Shown one piece after another: positions 30,785 to 40,477 of a stretch of 64,000 nt of DNA. Position numbers and translations under genes: made by a program. The notes below the pieces were generated by a model. That model had not been told where the DNA came from, ran no database searches, and saw only the letters and a program-made list of their open reading frames with translations. Every line of letters begins with the position of its first letter. Within the stretch, counting starts at the first letter, position 1. The stretch comes from Occultella glacieicola (GTDB taxonomy: Bacteria; Actinomycetota; Actinomycetes; Actinomycetales; Beutenbergiaceae): NCBI RefSeq assembly GCF_004353825.1, contig NZ_SMNA01000005.1, positions 186,001-250,000 on the forward strand, given 5' to 3'.

Positions 30785-31318
30785 CGGCGACCCTCCCGAC
30801 AACGCGTGCGGGGCATCGGGGCGCCATCGAAGGCAAGGACATTGGCATCGGAACGAAACGAAAAGTCCGCTCTCATCACGTCCTGCTTCATCACTCCCCG
30901 TCCCTGCCAGCCGCCACCAGATCGTCCAGTGCCTCAATCTCTCGATGGAAGTAGGGATGCGGTGCAACTCCAGAGAGTGCGGGGCACCCCACCTCCGGAG
31001 GCGGGCCTTGGCTTCCTCGAAAGTAGGCCACGGCGCTAGGCAGCGTCTGGTGAACGGAGGGTGATTCGCAGTTGGCACCAGGGGTCACCCCGGGGTGATC
31101 CGAAGGAGGCCGGTACGATGCGACGACCGACCCAGCTGGGGCTGTGTGAACACGATCGTCCAACCGTGCGGTGCTTGACGGACCCACCAGGGCGGTGGTG
31201 CCCCCGGGTCGACCCCTCACCTCTTCTGGTGAGCGGTCCGGACACGAACGACACAGATCCGTGGCCCGAGTCGGGCCACGGATCTGTGGTCTACTTCTCT
31301 GCGCTACGGTCGAGGCAC

Positions 31319-32824
31319 CTAGAGCGGCCGGCCTGTCTCATGCCAGACGTTGCCGCTCCAGACGTTTCCGCGGACTCCGCTCTCAAAGCCACTGATCGGT
31401 CCATACCGCCCGCAGTTCGGTCCGTAGGTCGTCGAGAAGTGGTTATCGATGAAACGGATATTGGAACCGTCCGGGAAGGGCTTGCTGTCGAGGCTCCCAC
31501 CGTAGGCGCAGTACGAGCCCGTCGTAGCGAGCAGGTTGTGCTGGATCAGGTAGTCCGTCACTGGCGCGAAGTCGCCGTACATCGGCAGTGCCGCCGAGCA
31601 GCCGCCCCCCTCACACATGATCACGTTGTTGATCAAGGCGTTGCCGGAGCCTCCGTTGTTTCCGATACCGCCACGATGGGCGCCGGAGTCCCCAGTGCGG
31701 TTCGAAAAGATGAAGGAGTTGCTGATCGTCGTGTCGTGAACCACCCTCGACGCTCGGCCCACGTTGTGCACGTGGCCGTGATCGAAGGTGTAGCCACACT
31801 CAGGTGAGTAGAGCGGAATGTCGTTCTCGGCCGCGTTCGCACCGTTGACCTCCACGTATTCGAACCGAACGTTGGTCGGGCACGAGCCGTCGTCTGTCGG
31901 CAGAACCTGGACCATATAGGTGCCGCTGCCGTTGACAAGGACATCGCGCACCACCACGTTGTCATGGCGAACAGTCAATCGGCCGTTGACGGTGAGTCGC
32001 TCAATCACCTGTCCGTCACTTGAGGACGCGAGGGACCCGGTCGTGGATTGCGACGCGTACCGTGGCCCGGTCGTCTCGGGCGTGGGCCAGTCACCATCGA
32101 TCACAGGCGGTGTGGTGGGCTCCGGGTCAGGAGTGGGCTCCGGGTCAGGAGTGGGCTCCGGGTCAGGAGTGGGCTCCGGGTCAGGAGTCGGCTCCGGGTC
32201 AGGAGTCGGCTCCGGCTCAGGAGTCGGCTCCGGGTCAGGAGTCGGCTCCGGGTCAGGAGTCGGCTCCGGGTCAGGAGTGGGCTCCGGATCGGGCGTGGGC
32301 TCCGGATCGACCGGGCCGGCGCCGCCATCACCGGGTGCCAGCTCGAATGGCACGCCATCGACCGTGCTGTCGATCACCGTCGCTGGGTTCCGCTCGGAAC
32401 TCATGAAACCGTTCCGGCAGCCCTCCAGGGCGACGCGCTCGGCGGTGTAGCCGCCGAACACGATCCCGTTCGTCTGGTCACCGTTGAGACAATCGACAGT
32501 GGAGTCTTCAATGACGGTCCCCGTCGCTCCCGGATAGATCCGGATGCTGTGATACCCGCCGTAGGTCACGGTCGTATTCCGAATCGTGACATTGTCGGCT
32601 TGGATCGCGATGGAGCCGCGAACGTGCAGCGCGTCGATCACGGCCCCGTCCTCACGCACCGTGATGCTCCCGGACTCCGTAAGGTCGTCCGGCCGGTCGC
32701 GGAGAGCGGTGTCGACCGTGTTGGCGTTAGCGGAGGCCATCCCTCCGACTGCGGTGAGCAGGACGGCTGCCATCGCGATACGAGCGCCGCTCTTGCGGCG
32801 CTCCCTGGTTCTACTGCTGATCAC
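31319..32824 (-). CDS. Secreted protein with two beta-helix-like domains joined by a Pro/Glu/Thr/Asp linker
   Basis: Signal peptide ending ASA-NA; repeated I.ADNVTIRN / HDNVVVRD strands; (DPEPTP)x11 linker. Confidence 0.7.
   Translation of the reverse strand: MISSRTRERRKSGARIAMAAVLLTAVGGMASANANTVDTALRDRPDDLTESGSITVREDGAVIDALHVRGSIAIQADNVTIRNTTVTYGGYHSIRIYPGATGTVIEDSTVDCLNGDQTNGIVFGGYTAERVALEGCRNGFMSSERNPATVIDSTVDGVPFELAPGDGGAGPVDPEPTPDPEPTPDPEPTPDPEPTPDPEPTPEPEPTPDPEPTPDPEPTPDPEPTPDPEPTPDPEPTTPPVIDGDWPTPETTGPRYASQSTTGSLASSSDGQVIERLTVNGRLTVRHDNVVVRDVLVNGSGTYMVQVLPTDDGSCPTNVRFEYVEVNGANAAENDIPLYSPECGYTFDHGHVHNVGRASRVVHDTTISNSFIFSNRTGDSGAHRGGIGNNGGSGNALINNVIMCEGGGCSAALPMYGDFAPVTDYLIQHNLLATTGSYCAYGGSLDSKPFPDGSNIRFIDNHFSTTYGPNCGRYGPISGFESGVRGNVWSGNVWHETGRPL
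32112..32309. repeat. 18-bp tandem repeat, about 11 copies (DPEPTP linker)
   Basis: GGCTCCGGGTCAGGAGT(G/C) units visible on the + strand. Confidence 0.95.
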
Positions 32825-33171
32825 AGTTAGGGCTCTCCCTCGGTGTTCAGACCGATCTCCATTGAGACCGACCTCGGACGTCGAGGTCCTGCCAACCCTC
32901 GTGGCCGGACCTTTCCGCACCACGACTCGGCATCGTCACCGCCCGAACACCTTGGATCCTGGGACCGGCTGCACACCTTGCCGTGGAGCAGGTGGGTCCC
33001 CCGACCCCGAGCATCCTCAGCATCGCAAGGCTCTGCGATGCGGGTGACACCCGTACCCATGGCGATGCCGAGAGCCGAAGCCATCCAACTACCGGATCAC
33101 CATTTGATAACAGCAACGTAACAGGGCCAGCCCGATGGCGAAAGTGGAGCCTCACCCTCCAACGGACCACA

Positions 33172-33206
33172 CGCTCAGGATCGGGGAGCCGAAACGATCC
33201 TGAGCG
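33172..33206. terminator. Perfect 12-bp inverted repeat downstream of the fdhF-like gene
   Basis: CGCTCAGGATCG (33172-33183) and CGATCCTGAGCG (33195-33206). Confidence 0.55.
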
Positions 33207-33316
33207 GAATCAACCGTGGCGAACCGGGACGTTCCGCACCGTGACCAGGTTCACTCGAGCCCTCACCCTCAGCAGGTGAAAACCGCCTGGCCCGCTCACC
33301 CGGCCCTCCGACGGCA

Positions 33317-35809
33317 TCACCCGGTGGATCCGGTCTCGAGCTGACCTGCGCGGCGACCCGCCCGCTCAATCCGGATGATCACCGACTTGGATGTCGGCGT
33401 CCGCGACGTCTCGGCGAACGACCCGAGCGGCACCAGCACATTCGTCTCCGGGAAGTACGCCGCTGCGCACCCGCGCGCGGTCGGATACGCGACCGCGCGG
33501 AATGCCTCCGCCCGCCGCTCGACGCCCTCGAACTCGGAGATCAGGTCGACCAGGTCGCCGTCGGAGACACCGGCCGCGGCCAGGTCGTCGGTGTGCACGA
33601 ACACCACCCGGCGGCCTCCGTGCACGCCCCGGTAGCGGTCGTCCTTGCCGTAGATGGTGGTGTTGAACTGGTCATGGGAACGGATCGTCTGCAGGATGAG
33701 GCGGCCGGGCGGCACCCGCGGGTAGTCGAGTCTGTTCGCCGTCATCTCGGCACGGCCCGACGGGGTCGAGAAGGTTCGCGAGTCCCGCGGCGGATGGGGC
33801 AGGGCGAACCCGCCCGGCTCGTCGATCCGGGCCTCGTATTCGGTGAAGCCGGGCACGACGGCCTCGATGTGGCGTCGGATCAGCCGGTAGTCACCCTCCA
33901 GCGCGGCCCAATCCACTCGAGGCGCGTGCGGCCGCGCGCTGCCACCGGTGCTCGGGGTGGCGGCGGAGTCGGGGCGCCACGCGTCCGGAGCGGCGCCGCC
34001 AACCGGGCCCGTTGCTTCGCCGTCGACCCCGGACCGGTGCTCGCCGGTGGCCAAGGGCGAACGGGCCGCACCCGTTTCTCCCGTCGTAGCGGCGAACAGC
34101 CGTTGCGCCAGGCGGCAGATGATCGAGACCTCCGACAGCACGTGCCGGCTCGGTGGGCCCAGCCGTCCCCGGGAGGCGTGCACCATGCCCATCGAGTCCT
34201 CGACGGTGAGCCGCTGGTCACCGCCGGTTTGGGTGTCCCGATCGGTACGCCCGAGGGCTGGCAGGATCAGGGCCCGGCGGCCCGTTACCGTGTGCGAGCG
34301 GTTCAGTTTCGTCGAGACCTGAACCGTGAGCCGCATCCGGGACATCGCCGCCTCCGTCACGATGGAGTCGGGTGTGGCCCGGATGAAGTTGCCGCCCATT
34401 GCCATGAACACCTTGGCGTGGTCGTCACGCATCGCCTCGATCGCGGCAACCGTGTCCGTGCCGGGCTCGCGCGGCGAAGCGAAGTCGAACTCCCTGTCCA
34501 GTGCGTCATGGAACGTGGCCGGCATCCGCTCGAAGATGCCCATCGTGCGATCGCCCTGCACATTCGAGTGGCCACGCACCGGGCACACGCCGGCCCCGGG
34601 CCGGCCGATGTTGCCCTGCAGCAGCAGCACGTTCACGATGTCGCGCAGCATCGCCACCGAATGCCGATGCTGCGTCAGGCCCATTGCCCAGCAGACCACC
34701 GTTGCCGGAGAGTCGAGCAGCCGCCGCGCCAGGCCGTCGATCTGGGCGCGGGCGAGCCCGGTCGCGGTCTCCACCTCGGCCCACTCGAGCGCGCCGACAT
34801 GGGCGGCGTACTCCTCGAACCCACGCACACTCGTGCGCAGGAAGTCATGGTCGAGCACGCTATCCCGGCCGGCGGTGGCGAGCCCAGCCGCCTCGGCCTC
34901 GAGTAGCAACTTGCCGAGCGCCTGGAACAGCGCCTGGTCCCCACCCAGCCGGATCTGCAGGAAGTCGTCGGCGAGCTCGATCCCTTTCGTCAAACCCAGG
35001 GCGGTCTGCGGGTTGTGGAAGCCGAGCAGCCCCGCCTCGGGCAGCGGGTTGACCGCGACGATGATCGCCCCGTTGCGCTTCGCCCGTTCCAGCGAACTGA
35101 GCATCCGAGGGTGGTTCGTGCCAGGGTTCTGGCCGGCGATGATCAGCAGCGACGCCCGCTCCACATCCGCAAGGGAGACCGACCCCTTACCGATCCCGAT
35201 CGTCTCCCCCAGGGCGGACCCGGAGGACTCGTGGCACATGTTCGAGCAGTCCGGGAGATTGTTGGTGCCGTAGCCCCGGACCATCAGTTGGTAGAGGAAC
35301 GCCGCCTCGTTGGAGGTGCGCCCGGACGTGTAGAAGATCGCCTCGTCCGGTTCGCAGGCGTTCAACTCCTCGACGATCACACCGAACGCGTCGTCCCAGC
35401 TGACAGGGCGGTAGTGGGTACCACCCGCGTCAAGGATCATCGGGTGCGCAAGCCGGCCCTGCTGCCCGAGCCAGTAGTCGTCCTTCCTGCGCAGGTCGGC
35501 GACGGAGTGCTCGACGAAGAACGTCGGCGGGATCCGGCGCCGGGTGGCCTCCTCGGCCACCGCCTTGGCCCCGTTCTCGCAGAACTCGGCGGCGTGCCGT
35601 TCCTTCTTCTCCGGCCAGGCGCAACCGGGACAGTCGAAGCCGTCGGTCTGATTGACCCGGAGCAGCGTCTGCGCGGATCGGACCGGACCCATCTGGTCCA
35701 GGGCCATGCCGATCGCGTGCGTGATACCCGGTAGACCTGCGGAGGTCTCCTTCGGCTCTCGTACCCGCAACTGCGTCTCGTCGATCCCCGTGGTCGGCGC
35801 CTTCGCCAT
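33317..35809 (-). CDS. FdhF/YdeP family molybdopterin oxidoreductase
   Basis: GFDCPGCAWP, FCENGAKA, NNLPDCSNMCHE, RGHSNVQGDRTMG and RSHDQFNTTIY motifs. Confidence 0.93.
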   Translation of the reverse strand: MAKAPTTGIDETQLRVREPKETSAGLPGITHAIGMALDQMGPVRSAQTLLRVNQTDGFDCPGCAWPEKKERHAAEFCENGAKAVAEEATRRRIPPTFFVEHSVADLRRKDDYWLGQQGRLAHPMILDAGGTHYRPVSWDDAFGVIVEELNACEPDEAIFYTSGRTSNEAAFLYQLMVRGYGTNNLPDCSNMCHESSGSALGETIGIGKGSVSLADVERASLLIIAGQNPGTNHPRMLSSLERAKRNGAIIVAVNPLPEAGLLGFHNPQTALGLTKGIELADDFLQIRLGGDQALFQALGKLLLEAEAAGLATAGRDSVLDHDFLRTSVRGFEEYAAHVGALEWAEVETATGLARAQIDGLARRLLDSPATVVCWAMGLTQHRHSVAMLRDIVNVLLLQGNIGRPGAGVCPVRGHSNVQGDRTMGIFERMPATFHDALDREFDFASPREPGTDTVAAIEAMRDDHAKVFMAMGGNFIRATPDSIVTEAAMSRMRLTVQVSTKLNRSHTVTGRRALILPALGRTDRDTQTGGDQRLTVEDSMGMVHASRGRLGPPSRHVLSEVSIICRLAQRLFAATTGETGAARSPLATGEHRSGVDGEATGPVGGAAPDAWRPDSAATPSTGGSARPHAPRVDWAALEGDYRLIRRHIEAVVPGFTEYEARIDEPGGFALPHPPRDSRTFSTPSGRAEMTANRLDYPRVPPGRLILQTIRSHDQFNTTIYGKDDRYRGVHGGRRVVFVHTDDLAAAGVSDGDLVDLISEFEGVERRAEAFRAVAYPTARGCAAAYFPETNVLVPLGSFAETSRTPTSKSVIIRIERAGRRAGQLETGSTG

Positions 35810-35918
35810 CGGCTTCCACCTCCTGGATATCCAACGATGGTAGCCATGAGTCACGGCGGGCGCCGCGGTCGACGCGGCGTACGGTGGAGGTCGTGACGGC
35901 GGCACTGCGGAGACGGCG

Positions 35919-36782
35919 ATGACCCGGGCAACCAAGCGCTCGCGGGTGCGCACCCTGCTCGCCGACGGCACGACGCGTGTCCGCACCGACACCCTCGCCG
36001 GCGAGGAGCCGATGGAGTTGCGGGTGGATGGCCACTCGCTGTCCGTGACGATGCGCACCCCCGGCCACGACTTCGACCTGGCCGCGGGATTCCTGGTCTC
36101 CGAAGGGGTGCTTCACCATCCTCAGCAGGTGACCCGGATCGGGTACGGCCCCGGCGTGGACGCCGGTGGCGCCGCGACCTACAACATCGTCGATGTCACC
36201 CTCGCGCCGGGCGTGCCTCGTCCCGCCGCCAGGGCCGAACGCCGGGTGTACACCTCGTCGTCCTGCGGCATCTGCGGCACGAACTCCATCGAGGCTCTTG
36301 GGCGGGTGTCGCATTTCGAGGGCGCCGCGCATGCGAGCGCGGTCTTCGACCTGACCGTGCTGCTCGACCTTCCGGCTCGGCTGCGCGCCGAGCAGGCGAT
36401 GTTCGCGAGGACCGGTGGCACGCACGCGGCCGGTCTGTTCAGCGTCTCAGGTGACCTGCTCTGCCTGCGCGAGGATGTCGGCCGGCACAATGCCGTGGAC
36501 AAGGTGGTCGGGTGGGCCTGGCGTGAGAACCGGCTGCCGCTTCGCAACACGATCCTGCAGGTCTCCGGGCGGGCTTCCTTCGAACTGGTCCAGAAGGCGC
36601 AGATGGCCGGCATCCCGGCGCTGGCTGCCGTCAGTGCCCCGTCCTCGCTCGCGGTCGAACTGGCCGAAGAAGCCGGTCTGACCCTGATCGGTTTCTCCCG
36701 GACGGACCGGCTCAACGTCTACAGCCACGCCGAGCGGATCCGTTCGTCGACAGAGCAGAGGACTCAGCCGACATCCGCCTGA
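35919..36782 (+). CDS. fdhD: Formate dehydrogenase accessory sulfurtransferase FdhD
   Basis: MRTPGHD, SSCGICG, TGGTHAA and EDVGRHNAVDK motifs. Confidence 0.95.
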   Translation: MTRATKRSRVRTLLADGTTRVRTDTLAGEEPMELRVDGHSLSVTMRTPGHDFDLAAGFLVSEGVLHHPQQVTRIGYGPGVDAGGAATYNIVDVTLAPGVPRPAARAERRVYTSSSCGICGTNSIEALGRVSHFEGAAHASAVFDLTVLLDLPARLRAEQAMFARTGGTHAAGLFSVSGDLLCLREDVGRHNAVDKVVGWAWRENRLPLRNTILQVSGRASFELVQKAQMAGIPALAAVSAPSSLAVELAEEAGLTLIGFSRTDRLNVYSHAERIRSSTEQRTQPTSA

Positions 36783-36863
36783 CTCCGGTCACCCATACGT
36801 CGCACGTGCCACAGGTTCTGTTGATTCAATGAGAGTCGGTGGAATCGGGCGAGGAGAACGTGG

Positions 36864-38729
36864 ATGGCGGCTGCCGAGGGTGAGGACTACGTCGACCCGG
36901 TGACGTTGCGGGCGCAGGCGCGCTCGCAGCGAAAGTCGCTCGGCCGTCTGTCGATCCTGATCCGCCAGAGTGTGCGCCTGGTGTGGGCCTCCGGGCGCGG
37001 GCTCTTCGTCGGGTTGCTCGCGCTCCAGATCGCCGCGGCACTGGCCCTCGCTGGTCAGGTGCTCGCGGTCCAGGCGGTCCTGGCTGCCATCCTCGACCTG
37101 GACGGGTCGGGCGCCACCGCTGCGCTCTGGACCTCTGTCCTGGTGCTGGCGGGGCTGACTGCGGTGACCTCGATCATCGGCGCCGTGCAGGGGCACATGC
37201 AACGGTTGCTGGGCGAGTTGGTCGCCCGATCCATGTGGGACCAGGTGCTCGACGTTTCGACCGGTGTCGGACTCAGCAGCTTCGAGTCGCCCGACTTCTT
37301 CAATCGTCTGCAGCGGGTGCAGTCGAACGCTCTCTCCCGTCCGTATCAGGTGACGCAGGGTCTGATCGCCATGGGCGGCGCTCTCGCCGCCAGTATTGGG
37401 GTCGGGGCCGCGCTGGTAAGCATCAGTCCCCTGCTGCTCCCGCTCCTCGTGGTGGGCGGACTGCCGGTGCTCCTGACCAGCCGGCGAGAGAGCCGGCTCG
37501 AGTTCGACTTCTCGGTTGCGCAGACCCCGGTGCTACGGATGCGCCAGTACTTGACGCTCGTTCAGACGGGACGCGATGAGGCCAAGGAGATCCGCGCGTT
37601 CAACCTGGCGGACTGGCTTCACGGCCGGTTCGACACCGCCTACGGGACTTACCTGGGAGCCCTCGCCCACCACCTGCGGCGCCGCGCGACCCTCTCCGCC
37701 ATCGGCAACCTGGGTAGCGCTGTCGTTCTCGTGCTCACCCTCGGCGCACTGGTCTGGCTGATCCTTGACGGCCAGGTCACGGTCGCCGGCGCGGGCGCGG
37801 CCATCGTCGCGATCCGGATGCTCGCGAGCCAGGTCCAGACCTTGTTCGCCGGCGTCCAGCGGATCTTCGAGTCCGGGTTGTTCCTCGAGGACCTGCAGGG
37901 ATTCCTTCGGCTGGCAGAGCCCGCGAAGGAGGACGCGCACGGTCCCGAGGCCCCCACTGGGTTCGGTGCGGTGACCGCCGACGATGTCCACTTCACCTAC
38001 CCGGGCTCGGAGTTGCCCGCGGTACGCGGTGCGACCGTGGAACTCCGGGCGGGGGAAGTCGTCGCCATCGTCGGCGAGAACGGCTCCGGCAAGACCACCC
38101 TCGCCAAGATCCTCGCCGGCCTGTACACCCCGGACGAGGGCGCGGTGCGTTGGGACGGTACCGACATCCGCGCCTGGTCCCTCGCCAGCGTGCGCAGCCG
38201 GATCGCCGTCATCTTCCAGGACTTCGTGCGATACGCGCTCAGCGCCGAGGACAACATCGCGATCGGTGACGTGTCCCGGCCGCCCGACCCGGCGAGGCTG
38301 CGCGCCTCGACACGGGCGGCCGGTGCCACCGGCGCCATCGAGTCCCTGCCCGACGGGTACGCGACCCCGCTCTCCCGGTTGTTCGCGGGCGGGCGCGACC
38401 TCTCCGGCGGACAATGGCAGCGGGTGGCGATCGCCCGCGGGTACTACCGCGACGCACCGTTCGTGATCCTGGACGAGCCGTCGGCGGCCCTCGACCCACG
38501 AGCCGAGTACGACCTGTTCGCGAGCCTTCGACACACGCTCGAGGGCCGAACCGCCTTGTTCATCTCACACCGGTTCTCGACGGTGCGCAGCGCCGACCGG
38601 ATCTACGTGATGGCCGAAGGGCGGGTGGTCGAGCACGGCACCCACGACGAACTGATGGCGGCCGACGGGCAGTACGCCGAACTCTTCAGCCTCCAGGCCG
38701 CCGCGTACCTCAACGCCGAGCAGGCCTGA
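36864..38729 (+). CDS. ABC exporter, fused permease/ATPase
   Basis: N-terminal TM domain; GENGSGKTT, LSGGQWQR, LDEPSAALD and SHR motifs. Confidence 0.92.
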   Translation: MAAAEGEDYVDPVTLRAQARSQRKSLGRLSILIRQSVRLVWASGRGLFVGLLALQIAAALALAGQVLAVQAVLAAILDLDGSGATAALWTSVLVLAGLTAVTSIIGAVQGHMQRLLGELVARSMWDQVLDVSTGVGLSSFESPDFFNRLQRVQSNALSRPYQVTQGLIAMGGALAASIGVGAALVSISPLLLPLLVVGGLPVLLTSRRESRLEFDFSVAQTPVLRMRQYLTLVQTGRDEAKEIRAFNLADWLHGRFDTAYGTYLGALAHHLRRRATLSAIGNLGSAVVLVLTLGALVWLILDGQVTVAGAGAAIVAIRMLASQVQTLFAGVQRIFESGLFLEDLQGFLRLAEPAKEDAHGPEAPTGFGAVTADDVHFTYPGSELPAVRGATVELRAGEVVAIVGENGSGKTTLAKILAGLYTPDEGAVRWDGTDIRAWSLASVRSRIAVIFQDFVRYALSAEDNIAIGDVSRPPDPARLRASTRAAGATGAIESLPDGYATPLSRLFAGGRDLSGGQWQRVAIARGYYRDAPFVILDEPSAALDPRAEYDLFASLRHTLEGRTALFISHRFSTVRSADRIYVMAEGRVVEHGTHDELMAADGQYAELFSLQAAAYLNAEQA

Positions 38730-38786
38730 ACCAGGCCGCGGCGGGCCAAGGCGCTCGGCCGCCGCAAGCACTGGTCACGTTCGGTG

Positions 38787-39809
38787 TCAGCGCCAGCGCA
38801 GCTCCCCATCGAGACGCCCGGCCTCCTTGTGGTTGAGAACCGTCCGGATGCGTAGGTACTTGGCCGACGTGAACTCCTCGGCGGTGAGCCCGTGGTCCCG
38901 GTAGGCGCGGTAGAGCTCCTCGACCCCCGCCGGCACCGTCCACTTCGCCTGGAAGGCCGGCAACTCGGCTGCGATCCTGGAGAAGTCCACCCGGTAGTTA
39001 CGGGCATCGGGGCTGGCCCCGGGGGCGTACTCCACCTCGGACCCGGGCACCACCTGCGCGACGATCTCGGCGACCTCCTTGACCCGGTAGTTCTCCGACG
39101 TGACACCCACGTTGAAGGCGCGGTCGTGCACCACATCACGAGGTGCCTCGAGGGCCGCGAGGAACGCGCGGGAGATGTCCTCGATGTGGATCAGCGGCCG
39201 CCACGGCATGCCGTCGGACTTGATGAGGACCTTGCCCGTCGTGATCGCGTAGCCGACGAGGTTGTTCACCATCAGGTCCGCCCGCAGGCTCGGCGACACC
39301 CCGTACGCCGTCGCATTGCGGAGGTAGACCGGGCTGAACGTCTCGTCCGCCAGGTGCGTCAGGTCCTGCTCCACCTTGATCTTCGAATCACCGTACGGGG
39401 TCAGGGGGTTGAACCCCGCCTCCTCGGTGAGGTGCTCGTCGCCGGCGGCGCCGTACAGGCTGCACGAGGAGGAGAACAGGAACCTTCCGACGCCGGCCTG
39501 CTTCGCGGACTCGGCAAGCTGCACGGTCCCCAGGTGGTTGATGTCGTAGGTCAGCTGCGGCCGCAGGTCGCCGAGCGCGTCGTTGGACAACGCGGCCAGG
39601 GCGATCACCGCCTCGAAGCTCTCGAGATCAGTCGGCTTGACGTCTCGAAGGTCCTTGCGGATGACCTCGGTCGGGCGCACCTCGTCGTCGAACTGGCAGC
39701 CTTCGTAGTAGAAGGTGTCGAGCCCGACGACCTCGTGACCGGCCGCGCGCAGCAGCGGCACCATCACCTGCCCGATGTAGCCGTTGTGGCCGGTGACCAG
39801 GACCTTCAC
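38787..39809 (-). CDS. NAD-dependent epimerase/dehydratase
   Basis: VLVTGHNGYIG, SSCSLYG and YGDSK (YxxxK) motifs. Confidence 0.92.
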   Translation of the reverse strand: MKVLVTGHNGYIGQVMVPLLRAAGHEVVGLDTFYYEGCQFDDEVRPTEVIRKDLRDVKPTDLESFEAVIALAALSNDALGDLRPQLTYDINHLGTVQLAESAKQAGVGRFLFSSSCSLYGAAGDEHLTEEAGFNPLTPYGDSKIKVEQDLTHLADETFSPVYLRNATAYGVSPSLRADLMVNNLVGYAITTGKVLIKSDGMPWRPLIHIEDISRAFLAALEAPRDVVHDRAFNVGVTSENYRVKEVAEIVAQVVPGSEVEYAPGASPDARNYRVDFSRIAAELPAFQAKWTVPAGVEELYRAYRDHGLTAEEFTSAKYLRIRTVLNHKEAGRLDGELRWR

Positions 39810-40477
39810 GATGCGTCTCCTCCGAGTAGTACCGCCTTGCGGCTGTAGAACGCCTCCGCATGACGGCCGGGGGCGTGGCATTCCATCCCACGCAGGCGCA
39901 TGAGCCCGCGGAAGGTGTCGTCGTCGTACCAGGGCTTCGCGAACTGCGAGGCATAGTGCTCGCCGAGTACTCGCAGCTTGGTGGCCACGTCCTCCTCCGA
40001 GAGCGGCACGAACACGTTGGGCGTGCCCATGTCGCCGTCCCACTTCGGGATCTCGTACTCCAGGACCAGGTGGTCCCGGAACGTGTTCCAGGTCAGGTCG
40101 GAGATGGTCCGGTGGTCCTGGTGCCGGTCGTGACGCTGGTGCGTCAGGACGAGATGCGGGTCGAACTCGGATCTGATGAGCTCGAAACGGTCTTTGATCG
40201 CGTCCCCGATGTAGGGGAAGTAGGACTCGCGGTACTCCCCGACCCAGATGCTGAAGTGCCGGGCGTCGTGCAGAAGGTCCGTTGCGGCCGCCCGGGCTTC
40301 GGCGGCGCGCTGGGCGTTGGACGAGAACACCTCATACCGGACCTCAAGCCCTCCCGGTCGCTTGGCCAGTCGACCGAGGGTCCCGCCGCAGCCGATCTCG
40401 ATGTCGTCGCAATGGGCACCGAGTGCGAGCACCCGGAGGGGGTCTTCTTCGCTCACGCCGAGGTTGAGCGCAATCAT
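39806..40477 (-). CDS. PIG-L/LmbE family deacetylase
   Basis: GAHCDDIEIGCGG and HQDH motifs. Confidence 0.9.
   Translation of the reverse strand: MIALNLGVSEEDPLRVLALGAHCDDIEIGCGGTLGRLAKRPGGLEVRYEVFSSNAQRAAEARAAATDLLHDARHFSIWVGEYRESYFPYIGDAIKDRFELIRSEFDPHLVLTHQRHDRHQDHRTISDLTWNTFRDHLVLEYEIPKWDGDMGTPNVFVPLSEEDVATKLRVLGEHYASQFAKPWYDDDTFRGLMRLRGMECHAPGRHAEAFYSRKAVLLGGDAS

Noticed and set aside
30785..31318. Possible small peptide gene after GAAGGAGG at about 31102
   Set aside because: The frame runs antisense into the 31319 gene with no leader or core motifs; the region is better explained as the flippase promoter
32112..32309. Regular short repeats as a possible CRISPR array
   Set aside because: Contiguous 18-bp units with no spacers, in frame, encoding a DPEPTP linker; no cas genes present
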